DNA from: Octopus sinensis
Taxonomy: Eukaryota
Direction of reading: 5' to 3'
DNA length: 64,000 nt
NCBI RefSeq assembly: GCF_006345805.1
Contig: NC_043018.1
Location: forward strand, 23,808,001-23,872,000
In this document: one piece after another, positions 13,632-27,160 of the stretch
How the letters are laid out: every line of letters starts with the position of its first letter
How positions within the stretch are numbered: the first letter of the stretch is position 1
Position numbers and translations under genes: made by a program
Notes under the pieces: generated by a model
Databases searched by the model: none
Told to the model about the DNA's origin: nothing
What the model saw: only the letters and a program-made list of their open reading frames with translations

Positions 13632-13733
13632 CTGCTTCATCACACTCCGCACAACATGTTCAGGTAACCGAGGAAACTGCTTCTTAAGTGAAATGAAGAG
13701 TTTTACTTTCAGGTTGCTTTCAGGTTCTGCCAT
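13632..13733 (-). CDS. TAB2: TAB2/TAB3-like (TAK1-binding protein), coding exon 1, N-terminal part of CUE domain
   Basis: Reads MAEPESNLKVKLFISLKKQFPRLPEHVVRSVMKQ, then a CAG|GTGAGA donor in phase 0. An in-frame TGA lies upstream of the ATG. Acceptor TTTTTTTTAAAG precedes 13761. Joined to exon 2 it gives LKKQFPRLPEHVVRSVMKQFNNDKDKCLEEL, which matches the CUE pattern of TAB2 as recalled ([27 protein letters not shown]). Not in the ORF track. Confidence 0.8.
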
Positions 13734-13761
13734 ACTGTCACAGTTTCATGAAGGTGAGACC
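13734..13761 (-). other. 5' UTR portion of TAB2-like exon (spliced to an upstream non-coding exon)
   Basis: 28 nt between a strong polypyrimidine acceptor and the ATG. Confidence 0.65.
13738..13749 (-). promoter_or_regulatory. Minimal uORF (ATG AAA CTG TGA) ending 4 nt before the TAB2-like start codon
   Basis: Read directly from the sequence; out of frame with the main ORF. Confidence 0.55.
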
Positions 13762-16700
13762 CTTTAAAAAAAAGATAAACAGAAACAGATAGAAAAAGAT
13801 TGCAAAGAATGAAAGAAAGTTTAATTTTCTGGGCATGTCATTAAAAATCAGCACATCCTGAGTGGATGCCATAATAGTAATATCTTCATCATTTAACATC
13901 CACTTTCTGTGTTTGCAGGAGTCAGATGGAATGGCCCATCTCAAAATGCTGACCCTTGCTGTAACTCGAGGAAACCAGCCCACCACAACAGAACCAAGGT
14001 GCCTTGTAAAAAGTACTGGTGTGGGTGCCGGTGCCATATAAAAAGTGCTGGTGCTACGTAAAAAGCAACTAGTACACTGCTGAGTGGTTGGTGTTAGGAA
14101 GAGCATCCAGCTTTAGAAACCAAACCAAAACAAGATTATGGAATCTGTTGCGGCCCCTGACCTAGCCAATTCCTGTCAAATCATCCAACCCATTCCAGCA
14201 TGGAAATTATGGTGATGATTACACGATAGTTCTAAGTGAGCATCACCATCACACAAACAATGTTCTTTGTTTCCAGGCTTGGATGAAGAACATGCCTGTC
14301 ATGGGGGAAATGTTTTTTTTGCTTAGGGACAAGTGAAAGTTAGTGACAAGAGCATCAAGCCATAGAAAATCTGCTTTAACAAATTCTGTCCAACCTATGG
14401 AAAAGTGCACATTAAAATGACGACAAAACCTAAATGAATTACAACAAGCAACTCTAAAAATTTGGTGGCAAGTAATTCTAAAGAATTACATTTGTTAAAT
14501 AATTTTAAAGAAATATTTAACAAAATAACAACAACCACATTAACAACTAATATACACACTTGAAACATCATCATCATCATCATCATTTAGCGTCCGTTTT
14601 CCATGCTAGCATGGGTTGGACGGTTCAACTGGGGTCTGTGAAGCCAGAAGGCTGCATCAGGCCCAGTCTGATCTGGCAGTGTTTCTACGGCTGGATGCCC
14701 TTCCTAACGCCAACCACTCCGCGAGTGTAGTGGGTGCTTTTTACATGCCACCCGCACAGGTGCCAGATGGAGCTGGCAAACGGCCACGAACGGATGGTGC
14801 TTTTACGTGCCACCGGCACGGAGGCCAGTCGGGGCGGCGCTGGCAACGGCCACGAACGGATTGAAACAGATTAAAATAAATTATCATATATGGTGTTATC
14901 TAACTTGGTTTGGAGCACTTCCTTTATTGGGTTAAATGTATCTCAAGTGAAGTTACAATAAAGATAATTTGAAATTAAACTGAAGGCTTATTCAATACTT
15001 TCCACAGAGTACAAATTTATTACTTTTTAACAAAAATGATTTTGACAATACCATTCTTGTTAAAAAATTGTATGTGTGTGATTTTTGTGTGGTTCTCATT
15101 ACCACCAATTAACAACAGGTGTTGGTTTGTTTACATCCTCAAATTTTGGCATAATGCCAGCAATTTTAGAGGTAGGAGGTTAGTCTCAATCACATCAACT
15201 CCTGTACTTGACTGGTACTTTAATTTGTCCACCCCAAAAAGAATGAAAGACAAAGCTGACCTTAGTGTGAGTTGAACTCAGAACATAAAGAGCTAAAAGA
15301 AATACTACTCAGCATTTTTGTTCTTTTTTGTAACACTCAAATGTTTCCGCCAGCTTGTCAATAATAACCGTTTCTAATTTAGGCACAAGGCCAGGAATTT
15401 TGAAGGAAAGGAATTTAGTCAACACCACTAACTCCAGTATCTGACTGGTTCTTTATTTTACTGATACCATTCACAAACCCAACCATTTTCAAAAACATGC
15501 TGTAACAAGGTAAACTTGGGGCCAAACAATGACAAACTCTTAACAGTTTTTCTCAAAGTTACAGTATCTTGTAAATTTACAACAAACATGCAACAGACCA
15601 CACTTAACTCGGTTCTATACTGAGCTAGTATTCACTGTCATTCAAACAGTATCAGATATATTACACATGCTGCACATACTTTGTCTTTAATATGATAAAA
15701 GACACCCTTGGCAGTTTATGAAATGTTTGTAAACCAATACCACACATCACCACCACTACCACCACCACCACCACCAAAAACTTACCACAGTGGGGTACTG
15801 TGGTGGCCCAGAAGAGGAAGCGAGATGAGAGGAACAGCAAATCACCCTAGTTGGGGTGCAAAGCAGCAAGTTACAGATAGAAGCAGACAAATAGTGTAGT
15901 AAGAGGATAGACAAGTGTAGAACAGGTATTTTATTTGACTGACAACAAAACAATTACACTGATGCACATGCAAGCAGGTGTGTGTTTGAGAGAGAGATAG
16001 AGAAAGTGTATGTGTGTGTGTGATATATTAAGAAGTTCACTATGAAATCATGAGGATTCGAGTATAATACCTATTTCTTTACTGCCCACAAGGGGCTAAA
16101 CACAGAGAGGACAGACAAACGAATTAAGTCGATTATATCGATCCCAGTGTGTAACTGGTACTTTTTTAATCGACCCCGAAAGGATGAAGGGCAAAGTCGA
16201 CCTCGGCGGAATTTGAACTCAGAACATAGCGGCAGACGAAATACGGCTACGCATTTTGCCCGGCGTGCTAACGTTTCTGCCAGCTTGCCACCTTAATTCA
16301 AGTATAATACCGCCAGACAGCACCTTGTACAGGTGTATATCACAGTTTCTGGCTGACCAGTGTCATAGGAGTTAAATTTGGTAGGGGTACATCTTGTAGG
16401 TGTATGTGGGTATCTTTTCTTTTATCTTTTGCTTCATTTGCTGGGGCACCACCTTGAAGAATTTTAAAAAATCAAATGAATTGACCCTAGTACGTATTTT
16501 TCTTTTTTAAAGCCTGGTATTTATTCTATCGGTCTCTTTCACCGATTCATCAACACACAAACATACACATAACAGGCTTAGTTTAGCTTCTGTCAACAAA
16601 ATTCATTCACAAGGCTTTGGTCAGCCTGAGGCCATAGTAGAAGATACTTGCCCAAGGTGCCATGCAATGGAACTGAACCCAGAACTATGTGGTTGGGAAG

Positions 16701-17121
16701 CAAATTTCTTACCACAGTCATGCCTGCACCTATAATATATATATATCAAAATTGTAATCTATCAACATCAGTGGAATTTGTAGCTGTGATACCAGTGCCG
16801 GTGGCACGTAAGAGAACCATCCGACGTGGGCGTAGCCAGCGCCGCCCTGACTGGCTTTCGTGCCGGTGGCACGTAAAAAGCACCATCCAATCGTGGCCGT
16901 TTACCAGCCTCGTCTGGCACCTGTGCCGGTGGCATGTAAAAAGCACCCACTACACTCATGGAGTGGTTGGCGTTAGGAAGGGCATCCAGCTGTAGAAACA
17001 CTGCCAGATCAGACTGGGCTTGGTGCAGCCTTCTGGCTTCCCAGACCCCAGTTGAACCGTCCAACCCATGCTAGCATGGAAAGCGGACGTTAAATGACGA
17101 TGATGATATAGATATAGATAT

Positions 17122-17250
17122 TTGATTAATGAGAGAGACAGAAGATACAAGAATGTTTATTGATCACTCCAACTGTTTTGCCCCATCTAGCATCGAAACA
17201 ATTGTAGTGATCAATAAATATTCTCGTATCTTCCATCTCTCATTAATCAA
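17122..17250. repeat. Imperfect fold-back (~57-bp arms)
   Basis: TTGATTAATGAGAGA...TTTATTGATCACT / AGTGATCAATAAA...TCTCTCATTAATCAA. Confidence 0.8.
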
Positions 17251-17342
17251 GTACCCAACAAACACTGTGAAAGTGAACGTGCTTTACTAGTAAGCTACCA
17301 GGTGTATACCATATCATTTATTACCTAATAATATATATATAT

Positions 17343-17654
17343 TGGAGGCGCAATGGCCCGGTGGTTAGGGCTGCAGACTCGCGGTCGTAGGATCATGGTT
17401 TCGATTCCCAGACCGGGCGTTGTGAGTGTTTATTGAGCGAAAACACCTAGAGCTCCACGAGGCCCCTGCAGGGGGTGGTGGCGATCCCTGCTGTACTCTT
17501 TCGCCACAACTTTCTCTCGCTCTTTCTTCTGTTGGCCTGCTCACTTAGCCAGCGGGGCGGTGTCATTTGAAGGCTAAAACAATGCGAAGCGCATTGTGAC
17601 CAGCGATGTGTAGCAACATCTGATAGCCTGGTCGGTCACGGTGATCACGGTGAT
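17343..17654 (+). mobile_element. SINE with family-B head and body and a different 3' tail
   Basis: First ~190 nt match family B; the 3' ~110 nt differ and end in GGTCACGGTGATCACGGTGAT. Confidence 0.8.
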
Positions 17655-17984
17655 ATATATATATATTACATACACACGTATGTGTATCTATTATCATCAT
17701 TTATCGTCTGTATTCCTTGCTGGCTTGAGTTTAACAGGATCTGACAAGTCAGAGGGCTGCATTGGGCTCCAATGTCTACTTTGGCAAGCTTTCTACAGCC
17801 AACTGGCCTTCTTAATGCCAACCACTTAGTGAGTGTTTTTTCACAGCACCTGCACTAGTAAGGGCCCCCAACTAACTCACAAGCAAAGGCCTCTTGACAG
17901 AGTGGGGTGGCAAAATAGAAGGTGGTGGTTTTATTCCAGGTGTTGAGAGGTCAAGGTATGACTGGGAACAGGAACAGATGTTTT

Positions 17985-18595
17985 GTTGTAGTGGAGACAC
18001 ATGGTTACCCTATATACATACACAAGCAAAATGCCCCCCACCCTCCCCGGTTCAATGGACGGTGCTGAGTTGTCAAACATTTAAACCAAATTTTCTCAAA
18101 ACAACTTGTCCGACCGTCTAATAGGCCTCCTCTTTGAAAAACACTGATTTAACCTAAATTTGAGAGACACCAGCAAAAGAAGAATTAAAGATAGACTTTT
18201 CTTTTCTATTCCAAAGAAAAACGATTTTATTCACACAAATATGCAATCGAAGAGTTTAAAGTACCAGTAATGATAAGGCTGTTGACTGGGAGAACACAAG
18301 CATGGTTTAAACAGTAAGCCTGGCAGGAAAGAAACGTGCCTTTAAACAATACAAAAACAACAAAAAATGGAAGGTGCAGTTATGTACAGGTTGACGGAAG
18401 AAAAGCAGGACAAAAACGGCTTTATCGATTGCATTCTCACCTGGAATCGATTTTTGTAATTTTTTCAAGACTTATACACGCCCTGATACCGTCGGTATCT
18501 ACATATCAAATTTGAGCGCAATCCGATGGAGGATGCCCGAGACCCGAGAAGACACACACACACAGACAGACAGTACGGATTTTATATAAGAGATA
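17985..18595 (+). mobile_element. Possible non-autonomous Helitron-like element
   Basis: 3' region CAAATTTGAGCGCAATCCGATG...(CA)n CAGACAGACAG...TTTATATAAGAGAT resembles invertebrate Helitron-derived repeats. A similar 5'-type segment (TCTATATATATAAATG...) lies at 26097-26290. Confidence 0.35.
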
Positions 18596-19754
18596 ATTAT
18601 ATACATGTTCATACATGTGGGTGTTCATGTTTACTTAAACTCCTTGAAGTATTTACATCACTAAAAGGGGAAGTAACTCCCCACTAAATATAAATGAACA
18701 CCCAAAGTAAAGGTAAAGACCACCTTTGGTTGTGAATGACCATGGAATTGCACCTAGAAGGTTCCTCTCTGAGGCACAAGTCCAAGCAAGGTTGTTTATG
18801 GAAGACAAGCAGTCACCCATGTATACCAGCCTCCTCTCTCTCTATGCCATCGATGTTATCCAAGAGAAAGGTTGATACAGCCTGGCACCAATAACATCGC
18901 AACTCATTTCTATAGATGAGTGAAGAGGAGCCACATGCACAAGAACACAACACACAGCCTGGTCCAGGAATCGAACTGACTACTTCATAGTTGTGAGCCT
19001 GACACACTAACCACTGAGCCATGCACCTTCACAACCCAAGTACTGGGGTCATTATAACTGAATAAAAGCTTTGAAGGTGGACTGTCCTAACCCCAGAATG
19101 GTCACAGAATAAAATAACCCATTGATTGTTTTAACAACAAGCATTGGACCCTATGGTGGAGTTCTGCTTTGTTTCAGTCCAGACCAGATTTTTAAGCTGA
19201 AGAGAACTGAATATCATGACAGAGTGCTTTTTCATATTGAAGCAAGCCAGCAATTATAGTTCCTTCAACACCATCACAATCGTCACCTCCTATCATGAGC
19301 CCTGCAAAAAAGGTTTATGGGTATTGCCTTTCTCCTCCTTAATCCATAAAAAAAAATTTGATTCAATGTTTTCAGTCATTATACTATGGCCATGCTGGAG
19401 CACTGTCTTCAATATTAGGACTAAGAAATAGATGCAAAGCTGACTTGGGTGGAGTTTGAAATCAAAATACAGAGACGTGTAACCATATGCCACTATATAT
19501 CATCTAGCAGCATACCGATTCTGCACAACTATTGATAATATATATAGTAATATTTTTATGTTTGGACAGACACCTTGTAGTATGCCGTTTAAAGCCCATC
19601 TACAGTATTCAGCAAGCAGATGTCAGCAACAGTATGGAGGCATATGCCACTGAATTTACTTCAGGAATTCCTTTGTGCATGTAGAGTTTATATGACAAGA
19701 TGACAGACAGAAAATGGAATTCACAAGATTCCTTATTCAGAAACTGTATATATG

Positions 19755-19853
<99 letters not shown>

Positions 19854-21292
19854 GTGTGTGTGTGTGTGTGTATACTGAAATATATAGGAGTGGATTGGTG
19901 TATATGTGTACAAGTTTATTCCTCTGTATGTAAGTATGAAATCCAGTATGTGGTAATGAATATAAACAAACATCATCATCATCATCGTTTAACGTCCGTT
20001 CTCCATGCTAGCATGGGTTGGAGGGTCGACCGGGGATCTGCGAAGCCAGAAGGCTGCACCAGGCTCCGGTCTTAATTTCCAATAACGGTTGAAATGACAC
20101 ATCATATTCATAATCGTCAACAAACAGGCACACAATGGACAAAATGCTTTGAAAGTAAGGCACCATTGAAACACGAATGCAAATCGAATAAAACAAGTTT
20201 CATGTAAATTGGACCACAGGTTCCCAAGAAACGAGGTTTTTTTACAGGTACCTTGAACTATTGGCGACCCAGCAGGTCGCAGGTAGTCTAGTTGTGAACA
20301 AGTGTCTATATGTGCAGATTTCATAGCTTACATTTGTATATAGCTATGTGCCACTAGATAATAATACACAGGCTAGGATATGAGTGTATGTTTGTATGAA
20401 TGAGTACATATAACAATGTATGTGTATATCTTAATATGTGCTGCCTGACTGGCTCCCTGTGCCAGTGGCATGTAAAAAGCACCGTCTGAACATAGTCAAT
20501 GCCCCTTCGCCCCAACTGGCTCCTGTGCTGGCGGCATGTAAAAAGCATCATCTGAACATGGCCGATGTCAGTGCCGCCTGAGTGGAGTGGTTGGCATTAG
20601 AAAGGGCATCCAACTGTAAAAACACTGCCAGATCAGATTGGAGTCTGGTGCGGCCTCCTGGCTTACCAGTCCCCAGTCAAACCATCCAACCCATGCCAGC
20701 ATGGAAAACGGACGTTAAACAATAATGATGACGATGTGGTAATGGCGTTGAGAGTATATATCTACCAATGTGTGAGTATATCAGTGTATGTGGGTGTGTT
20801 GCGGTAATAACTTAAATCCAAATTCAAAACAAAAAAAAAATTGTCAGTGGACAGACAAAGAAGCATGGAGAATCAAAAAGGGAAAGAGGGAAATAGATAT
20901 ATAGATGCAAGTGAAACCTGCTTAATACCTACTTAAGGGATCACACCCTCACCTCTATGCCTCTCCCTGACTTTGGCTTCATATTCTATCTCTAAACAAT
21001 TAGATCAAACCCAACAAACGTGTCCCTTTATATATGATTTGCCAGTGCCGTCGGACTGGGTCCCATGTTGGTGGCACGTAAAAAGCACCATTGGAGCATG
21101 GTCGATGCCAGTGTCACCTGACTGGCTCCCGTGCCGGTGGCACATAAAGAGCACCTACTACACTTTTGGAGTGGCTGATGTTAGGAAGGGCATCCAGCTG
21201 TAGAAACCTTGCCAAATCAGATTGGGAGCCTGATGCAGACTCCTAGCTTGCCAGTCCTCAGTCAACCTGTCCAACACATGCCAGGATGGAAA

Positions 21293-21523
21293 GGCGGCGA
21301 GCTGGCAGAAACGTTAGCGCGCCGGACGAAATGCTGAGCGGTATTTCGTCTGCCGCTACGTTCTGAGTTCAAATTCCGCCGAGGTCGACTTTGCCTTTCA
21401 TCCTTTCAGGGTCGATAAATTAAGTACCAGTTACGCACTGGGGTCGATGTAATCGACTTAATACCTATGTCTGTCCTTGTTTGTCCCCTCTATGTTTAGC
21501 CCCTTGTGGGTAATAAAGAAATA
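21293..21523 (+). mobile_element. SINE family C (GCCTTTCATCCTTTC..GGTCGATAAA..AAGTACCAG core, Deu/Nin-like by recall)
   Basis: Other copies at 16072-16290(-) and 50248-50382(+); decayed copies at ~1130-1260, 15100-15480 and 38440-39560. The core-domain name comes from memory only. Confidence 0.75.
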
Positions 21524-22593
21524 GTTGATGATTGTGTGTGTGTGTGTAGGTATATGTATGTGATACATACATACATCACATTATATACACGCATGCAAAC
21601 TTATTTGTTTTGATGAAATGGAAAGGTCTACATAAATGTCCGATTGCTGTTTCTTTTTGTTCTCTTCTGATCTCATGAATATTTAATTCTTTTATTCTTT
21701 CACTTGTTTCAGTCATTCGACTGTGGCCAAGCTGGAGCACCACCTTTAGTCAAAGAAATCGACCCCAGGACTTTACTTTGTAAACCTGGTACTTATTCTA
21801 TCGGTGTCTTTTACCGAACCGCTAAGTTACGGGAACATAAACACACCAACATCGGTCATTAAGCGATGGAGGCGAGGACAAACACAGACACACAAAATAT
21901 TTGTTAATGACTATGTCTTATTACCAGTGTATTCCGTTTTATTATCTCTTCTCTCTTTTTTACTCTCTTTTACTTGTTCCAGTCATCTGACTGCGGCCAT
22001 GCTGGAGCACCGCCTTTAGTCGACTTATTCTTTGTAAGCCTAGTACTTATTCTATCAGTCTCTTTTTGCCGAACCGCTAAGTTACAGGGACATAAACACA
22101 CCAGCATTGGTTGTCAAGCGATGTTGGGAGGACAAACACAGACACACAAACATAAATATATATATATATACATATACATGACAGGCTTCTTTCAGTTTCC
22201 GTCTACCAAATCCACTCACAAGGCTTTGGTCAGCCCGAGGCTATAGTAGAAGACACTTGCCCAAAGTGCCACGCAGTGGGACTGAACCCGGAACCATGTG
22301 GTTGGCAAGCAAGCTACTTACCACACAGCCACTCCTGCACCTATGATTCCTTATTCTTTTATCCTTGTATACTTCATTTTATTGCTTAAATGAGAAAAGT
22401 CATCTGAGGAGACATATCTGTAGCTATAATGCATGACGATTGTACAGCATCTCACCTGTAAAGTATGAGTGCATGATGAATCGAAACGATCGCAGTGGTT
22501 CTGAATAAAGAGTCTTGCAAGTTTCATTTTCTGTCTCTCATCTTTGCACACACAAACACACACACAAGCTTTATATTCATATTGAATTACATA

Positions 22594-22757
22594 CAGGCGC
22601 AGGAGTGGCTGTGTGGTAAGTAGCTTGCTAACCAACCACATGGTTCCGGGTTCAGTCCCACTGCGTGGCATCTTGGGCAAGTGTCTTCTGCTATAGCCTC
22701 GGGCCGACCAAAGCCTTGTGAGTAGATTTGGTAGACAGAAACTGAAAGAAGCCTGTC

Positions 22758-22796
<39 letters not shown>

Positions 22797-22998
22797 TTGT
22801 GTTTGTACCTCTAGCATTGCTTGACAACCGATGCTGGTGTGCTTACGTCCCCGTCACTTAGCGGTCCGGCAAAAAGAGACCGATAAAATAAGTACTGGGC
22901 TTACAAAGAATAAGTCCCGGGGTCGATTTGCTCGACTAAAGGCGGTGCTCCAGCATGGCCGCAGTCAAATGACTGAAACAAGTAAAAGAGTAAAAGAG
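22594..22998 (+). mobile_element. SINE family A, intact copy
   Basis: AGGCGCAGGAGTGGCTGTGTGGTAAG...GGTTCAGTCCCA head, internal microsatellite, tail ending GAAACAAGTAAAAGAG. Other copies (approximate): 9551-9920(-), 13250-13600(-), 21690-21895(-), 21962-22343(-), 47457-47860(+), 48745-49160(-), 53354-53778(+), 55175-55530(-), 56680-56850(-), 57145-57300(-), 60610-61010(+), 61055-61262(-). Confidence 0.88.
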
Positions 22999-25900
22999 TA
23001 TATGTATGTGTATACACACACACACAGAGCGAAAGATGGGATGGAAATTTCAGTACAAAGTGTTTCAAAAAATGAGCAAATCTTGAAAAAAATTTGGAGG
23101 CTCGGTTGGTTATTTAGTTGGTTGATTCAAATAAGATTTTGTATAGTTTTAGATTGCCTTTAAATAAATAAATAAAAATTTAAACATTAACACACACACA
23201 CACAAACTCACACATACATACAGCTGTAGTTGTTCAACATGAAAAAAAAAGTAGCTGTCTTGTGATACAAAAAAATTTAAACTATTGACATATATTATAA
23301 AACTTAAAATGTGTCTGCCTGCCTCTCACTTTTCCTGACTGCCTAAGCTTCTCTCTCTCTCTCTCTTAATGGTTCTCTTTCGCCTTTCTTTGTCAATCTA
23401 ACTCTCTCTCTCTTTCCACGTTCTCCTTTAAACAAACAGGATCTATTTGAAAAACTATCAAGTCATACACACATTTCTACAATTACAAAACCACAACACT
23501 GTCATCTAATTGGGATTAATTAGCATTACATATAAAAAGTATGAAAGAAGCCAGCTACAAGTTACCAACAAATAACATCCTCACCACCACCACCACACAG
23601 CAAATCTTCATTTGTCGTTTTATTAAATTGCCAACTAACGCAATATGTTGTCCGTATACATATTCAACTGAGACAAACAGTTTGAAGCAAGCCGATGAAG
23701 GAGCCACTATGCAACCATTCAACCTGCTGGAAATAGCAACCAAATCTCCTTCAGGTCACACATAGCTTGCTTTCTTAGGAAAGGACACATTGGATTATGC
23801 AGTATTGTGCTCTGAGCAACTAGGAAAAAAGAAGAGGTGGTCATGATTGGAAACCTTTTGACCATATATCTGCCTAATCAGGGCTAATCTAGGGCTGAAC
23901 AACACACAAAAATATAGTATGTGTAGGTTTGTATTTGAATGCTATACTTCAGTGTATCTTTGTTGGAGAGTGTGTGTGTGTGAGTCTACTGTGTGTACTG
24001 GCCTTGTCAAATACGATGACATAGCATGAATGGCATAAAGTGTATGAAATGCTTATCCTCTTAAGCAATTCAGTTTATCATACAACTTGAATATACCATT
24101 AAATGCACGCGTGCGTGTGTGTATCAAAATAGTCAAATGTTCCCCCAAAAGAAGGAAAACAACCATCTTTTTTCAGTCTCTGGACAGATATTTACACAAT
24201 CCAAGAAACAACCATTTATTTTCACTTGCATTTCAGAAAAAGAATCTATCTTTGCCTTCGCTCACTCACTCAATTAAGACCTTTGTTCCCTGTGGAGCAT
24301 AAGCCATCAATGTCTTTCCTCTACTGTTCTTGACTTTGGGCTACCTTTTCAAAGGGGCTGAGAAGATTCAGCAGAAAAGAATGAGAATTTTTGGTCACAG
24401 CATCAGGCACCCAGAAGAACCTGTGCATCAACTGGTCCTATGACAGTCAGTTGAAGGAAGAATCAATAGGAAAGAAAACATTATTGTGCTTCTGGACAGT
24501 GAAAATGGTAAATGTCAATGAATTAAGATCCTGCATGGGGACCATGATGGATGATATGCTCAAGTGAAATCACTGAAGCGACCAGAAGGACAGTCAAACT
24601 AAACTAAAGCTTGTTCCAAGTCTTACTGGCTTTGAATTGTCATCGATGTTCCCACAAGTTTGCTTTTTTTTTTCTTTTTAAAGTAAGGGTTTTGTCCCTA
24701 CACAAACCCATTTTTACTTCTGAGAAGAGGTAGTCCATATTAGTGTGGCTTCCATCCTTTGACCTGTCCAACACGAGAGGTCCTATGAGGAACCTTCGCT
24801 CCAATAACATAGTTCTCAATGTCACTGAGGCCTGCAAGCCACCACCCCACAAGTACTGGACCTTGTGGTGGTTCTTTGCCTTCAACTAACACTGAAAGAA
24901 AAGAGTCCTTTTACAGTAACCTGACCAAGTAAAAACTGTATTTCAGTTCCCTTGAGTTGCATCTAATACATCTTAAAGAAAAAAAAAAATTGAAGAAAAT
25001 AAGAGACACCAGATAATGAAGTCTTAGATATAAAGACAGAAGGGTCATGGATGGGCGACAGCATAGAGAGGGGGGAGGGAGACACAGAGAGGAAGAGAGA
25101 TGAGGATAGAGAAATTTGGCTGTTGTTTTTAGCAGACTGAATGACCCTGCAGAAATGCCTTGGTCTTCAGGTGGTCATGTGGTAGTCATGATAGACATGG
25201 TTGACTATTAGTCTGTTCTATATGTGACCCCTAATTTCAAGGACATGCCACAAATATAAACTGACAGAAAGGTTGTTAGCACTGGCTGGATAGGGATGGG
25301 TTGGTGACTTCAAGTTGGTTATCTTAAATACAAGTTGAGACAAGTGAAATAGCATTAACGTATTACAAATTACTATTTCGAATTGACAGGGTTACAACAA
25401 GAGCACTGATAAAATCCTATTGCAAATGAATTGTTTAGTCTAGTCTGCACAACACGGAAGTTCAACTAATAAAGACCACCACATACAGACGGAATTGTGC
25501 AAAGCCCTCCCTATCTACATAACAGCTAAATCACTTTCAAATTGTATTCTAGTGTCTTCGAAAAATCATAATTGGTGGGGTGACAATTTGATGACAATGT
25601 AGTTTGGAGTTATATAAGAGGATGATCACAGCTGGAATAATTTCAATCACATGGACATACATGTGTGTATGTGTGTGTGTAGAAATAATAATCTTTTCTA
25701 GTACAGCCACAAGACTGGAAATTTTGGAGTGGAGGTCAGTCAATTACATTGGCCCCAGGGCTCAAGTGGTACTTATTTTATCAAATATAAATACAAACAC
25801 ATGCATACATACATGCACACACACACACACGCAATTAGTTTTATGTCCTTTTCCCTGTGCCAGCAGGACTTAGACAGCTGTATTATTGAACCACGGATGC

Positions 25901-26561
25901 TATTCCTGTTACCAACCCATGACAGGATTTTCAAAGAAAGGATCTCTTATTTCACACATCTCCAAAAATGCTAAGCCAGGGGAAGGATTTGTTAGCAGGA
26001 GAATTGACGACAGTGTCAGTGCAATACTCAGTCAATATGCATAGACACATACATACAAATATACACACACATATATATATACAGACGTACACATATCTAT
26101 ATATATAAATGGCAATTTCTGTCTGGCTGTATGCCTGTTACCATCTTAGTGCCTAAACCAGAGAACCAATATTCACAAAACTTTGCATACATGTTACACT
26201 AACATCCAGTTCAATAATAGACTAATTGGATTTCAATTAAAGTCTATAATCTGCAAGGGCATTGGGCAAATTTTATGATAAAATGAAAAAGTTGCAAAAA
26301 GTATTAGTGTGAGGGAAAGTTAGTAATAGAGAGAGTGGGTGGCTTATATCAGTGAAGGCGAGAACAATGGCAATGAGATGATGTTACTACAGCTGCCATA
26401 TACACATGATGCTGCATACATACTTTCATAAATACATAGATACAACACACACACACACACAGAAAGGGGGGTGTGAGGAAGACATAGCTTTGAGAGAGGG
26501 AGTAGGTAGCTTTTCTGCTGTCCATTGCAAAAAAACACAAACAGACACACCCACACACATA

Positions 26562-27160
26562 CATGGTCTGATCAATAAATATCTGGACTGTTGCCATAGT
26601 GATGAAACTAAAGCACACAAAGTGAAGCCACTTAGCACAGATTGAACCTTGAACTCTGCTGTGCATGTACATTAAGTTTCAACGTTCTAGCTCACTTCTG
26701 CTGTTTACAGCAGTGCTTGGAAGGATGGTGTGTAGCATGTGACCCTCACAATGACCATGCAGAGAATCTGCATCAGATTTTGCCGGAAGTTTGGTGATAC
26801 CTGCTCAGAGGCCTACACAAAGTTTTCAAAGAGCTTTCATCGTTCTCAATTCAGTGAAGGAAATCTTGTGCAACTGAAACCCGAGAGTTTTTTTGGTCAG
26901 TTGAAAGCAGTTTTGGAACAAACTTGGCAGACACGTGTCTCATACCCAAATCTTCAGTGATAATGGACTGAACTGAACCATAACCAATCTGCACATCCTG
27001 ATAACTCACGGACGGTGATTCAACAATTTCCCCTCACAGCTGCATGCACATCTGCAATGTTTTTCTCAGGTTGCAGGTCTCCCAGAATGTTCTAGAAATT
27101 TTGGCTATCTTGGAAACGTCTGTACCACTCTTACACTTGTATGCAAGTTATATACTCCTC
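26562..27160. mobile_element. Degenerate mariner fragment
   Basis: TIR-like TACATGGTCTGATCAATAAATATCTGGACTG followed by MQRICIRFCRKFGDTCSEAY (transposase N-terminus); rearranged. Confidence 0.6.
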
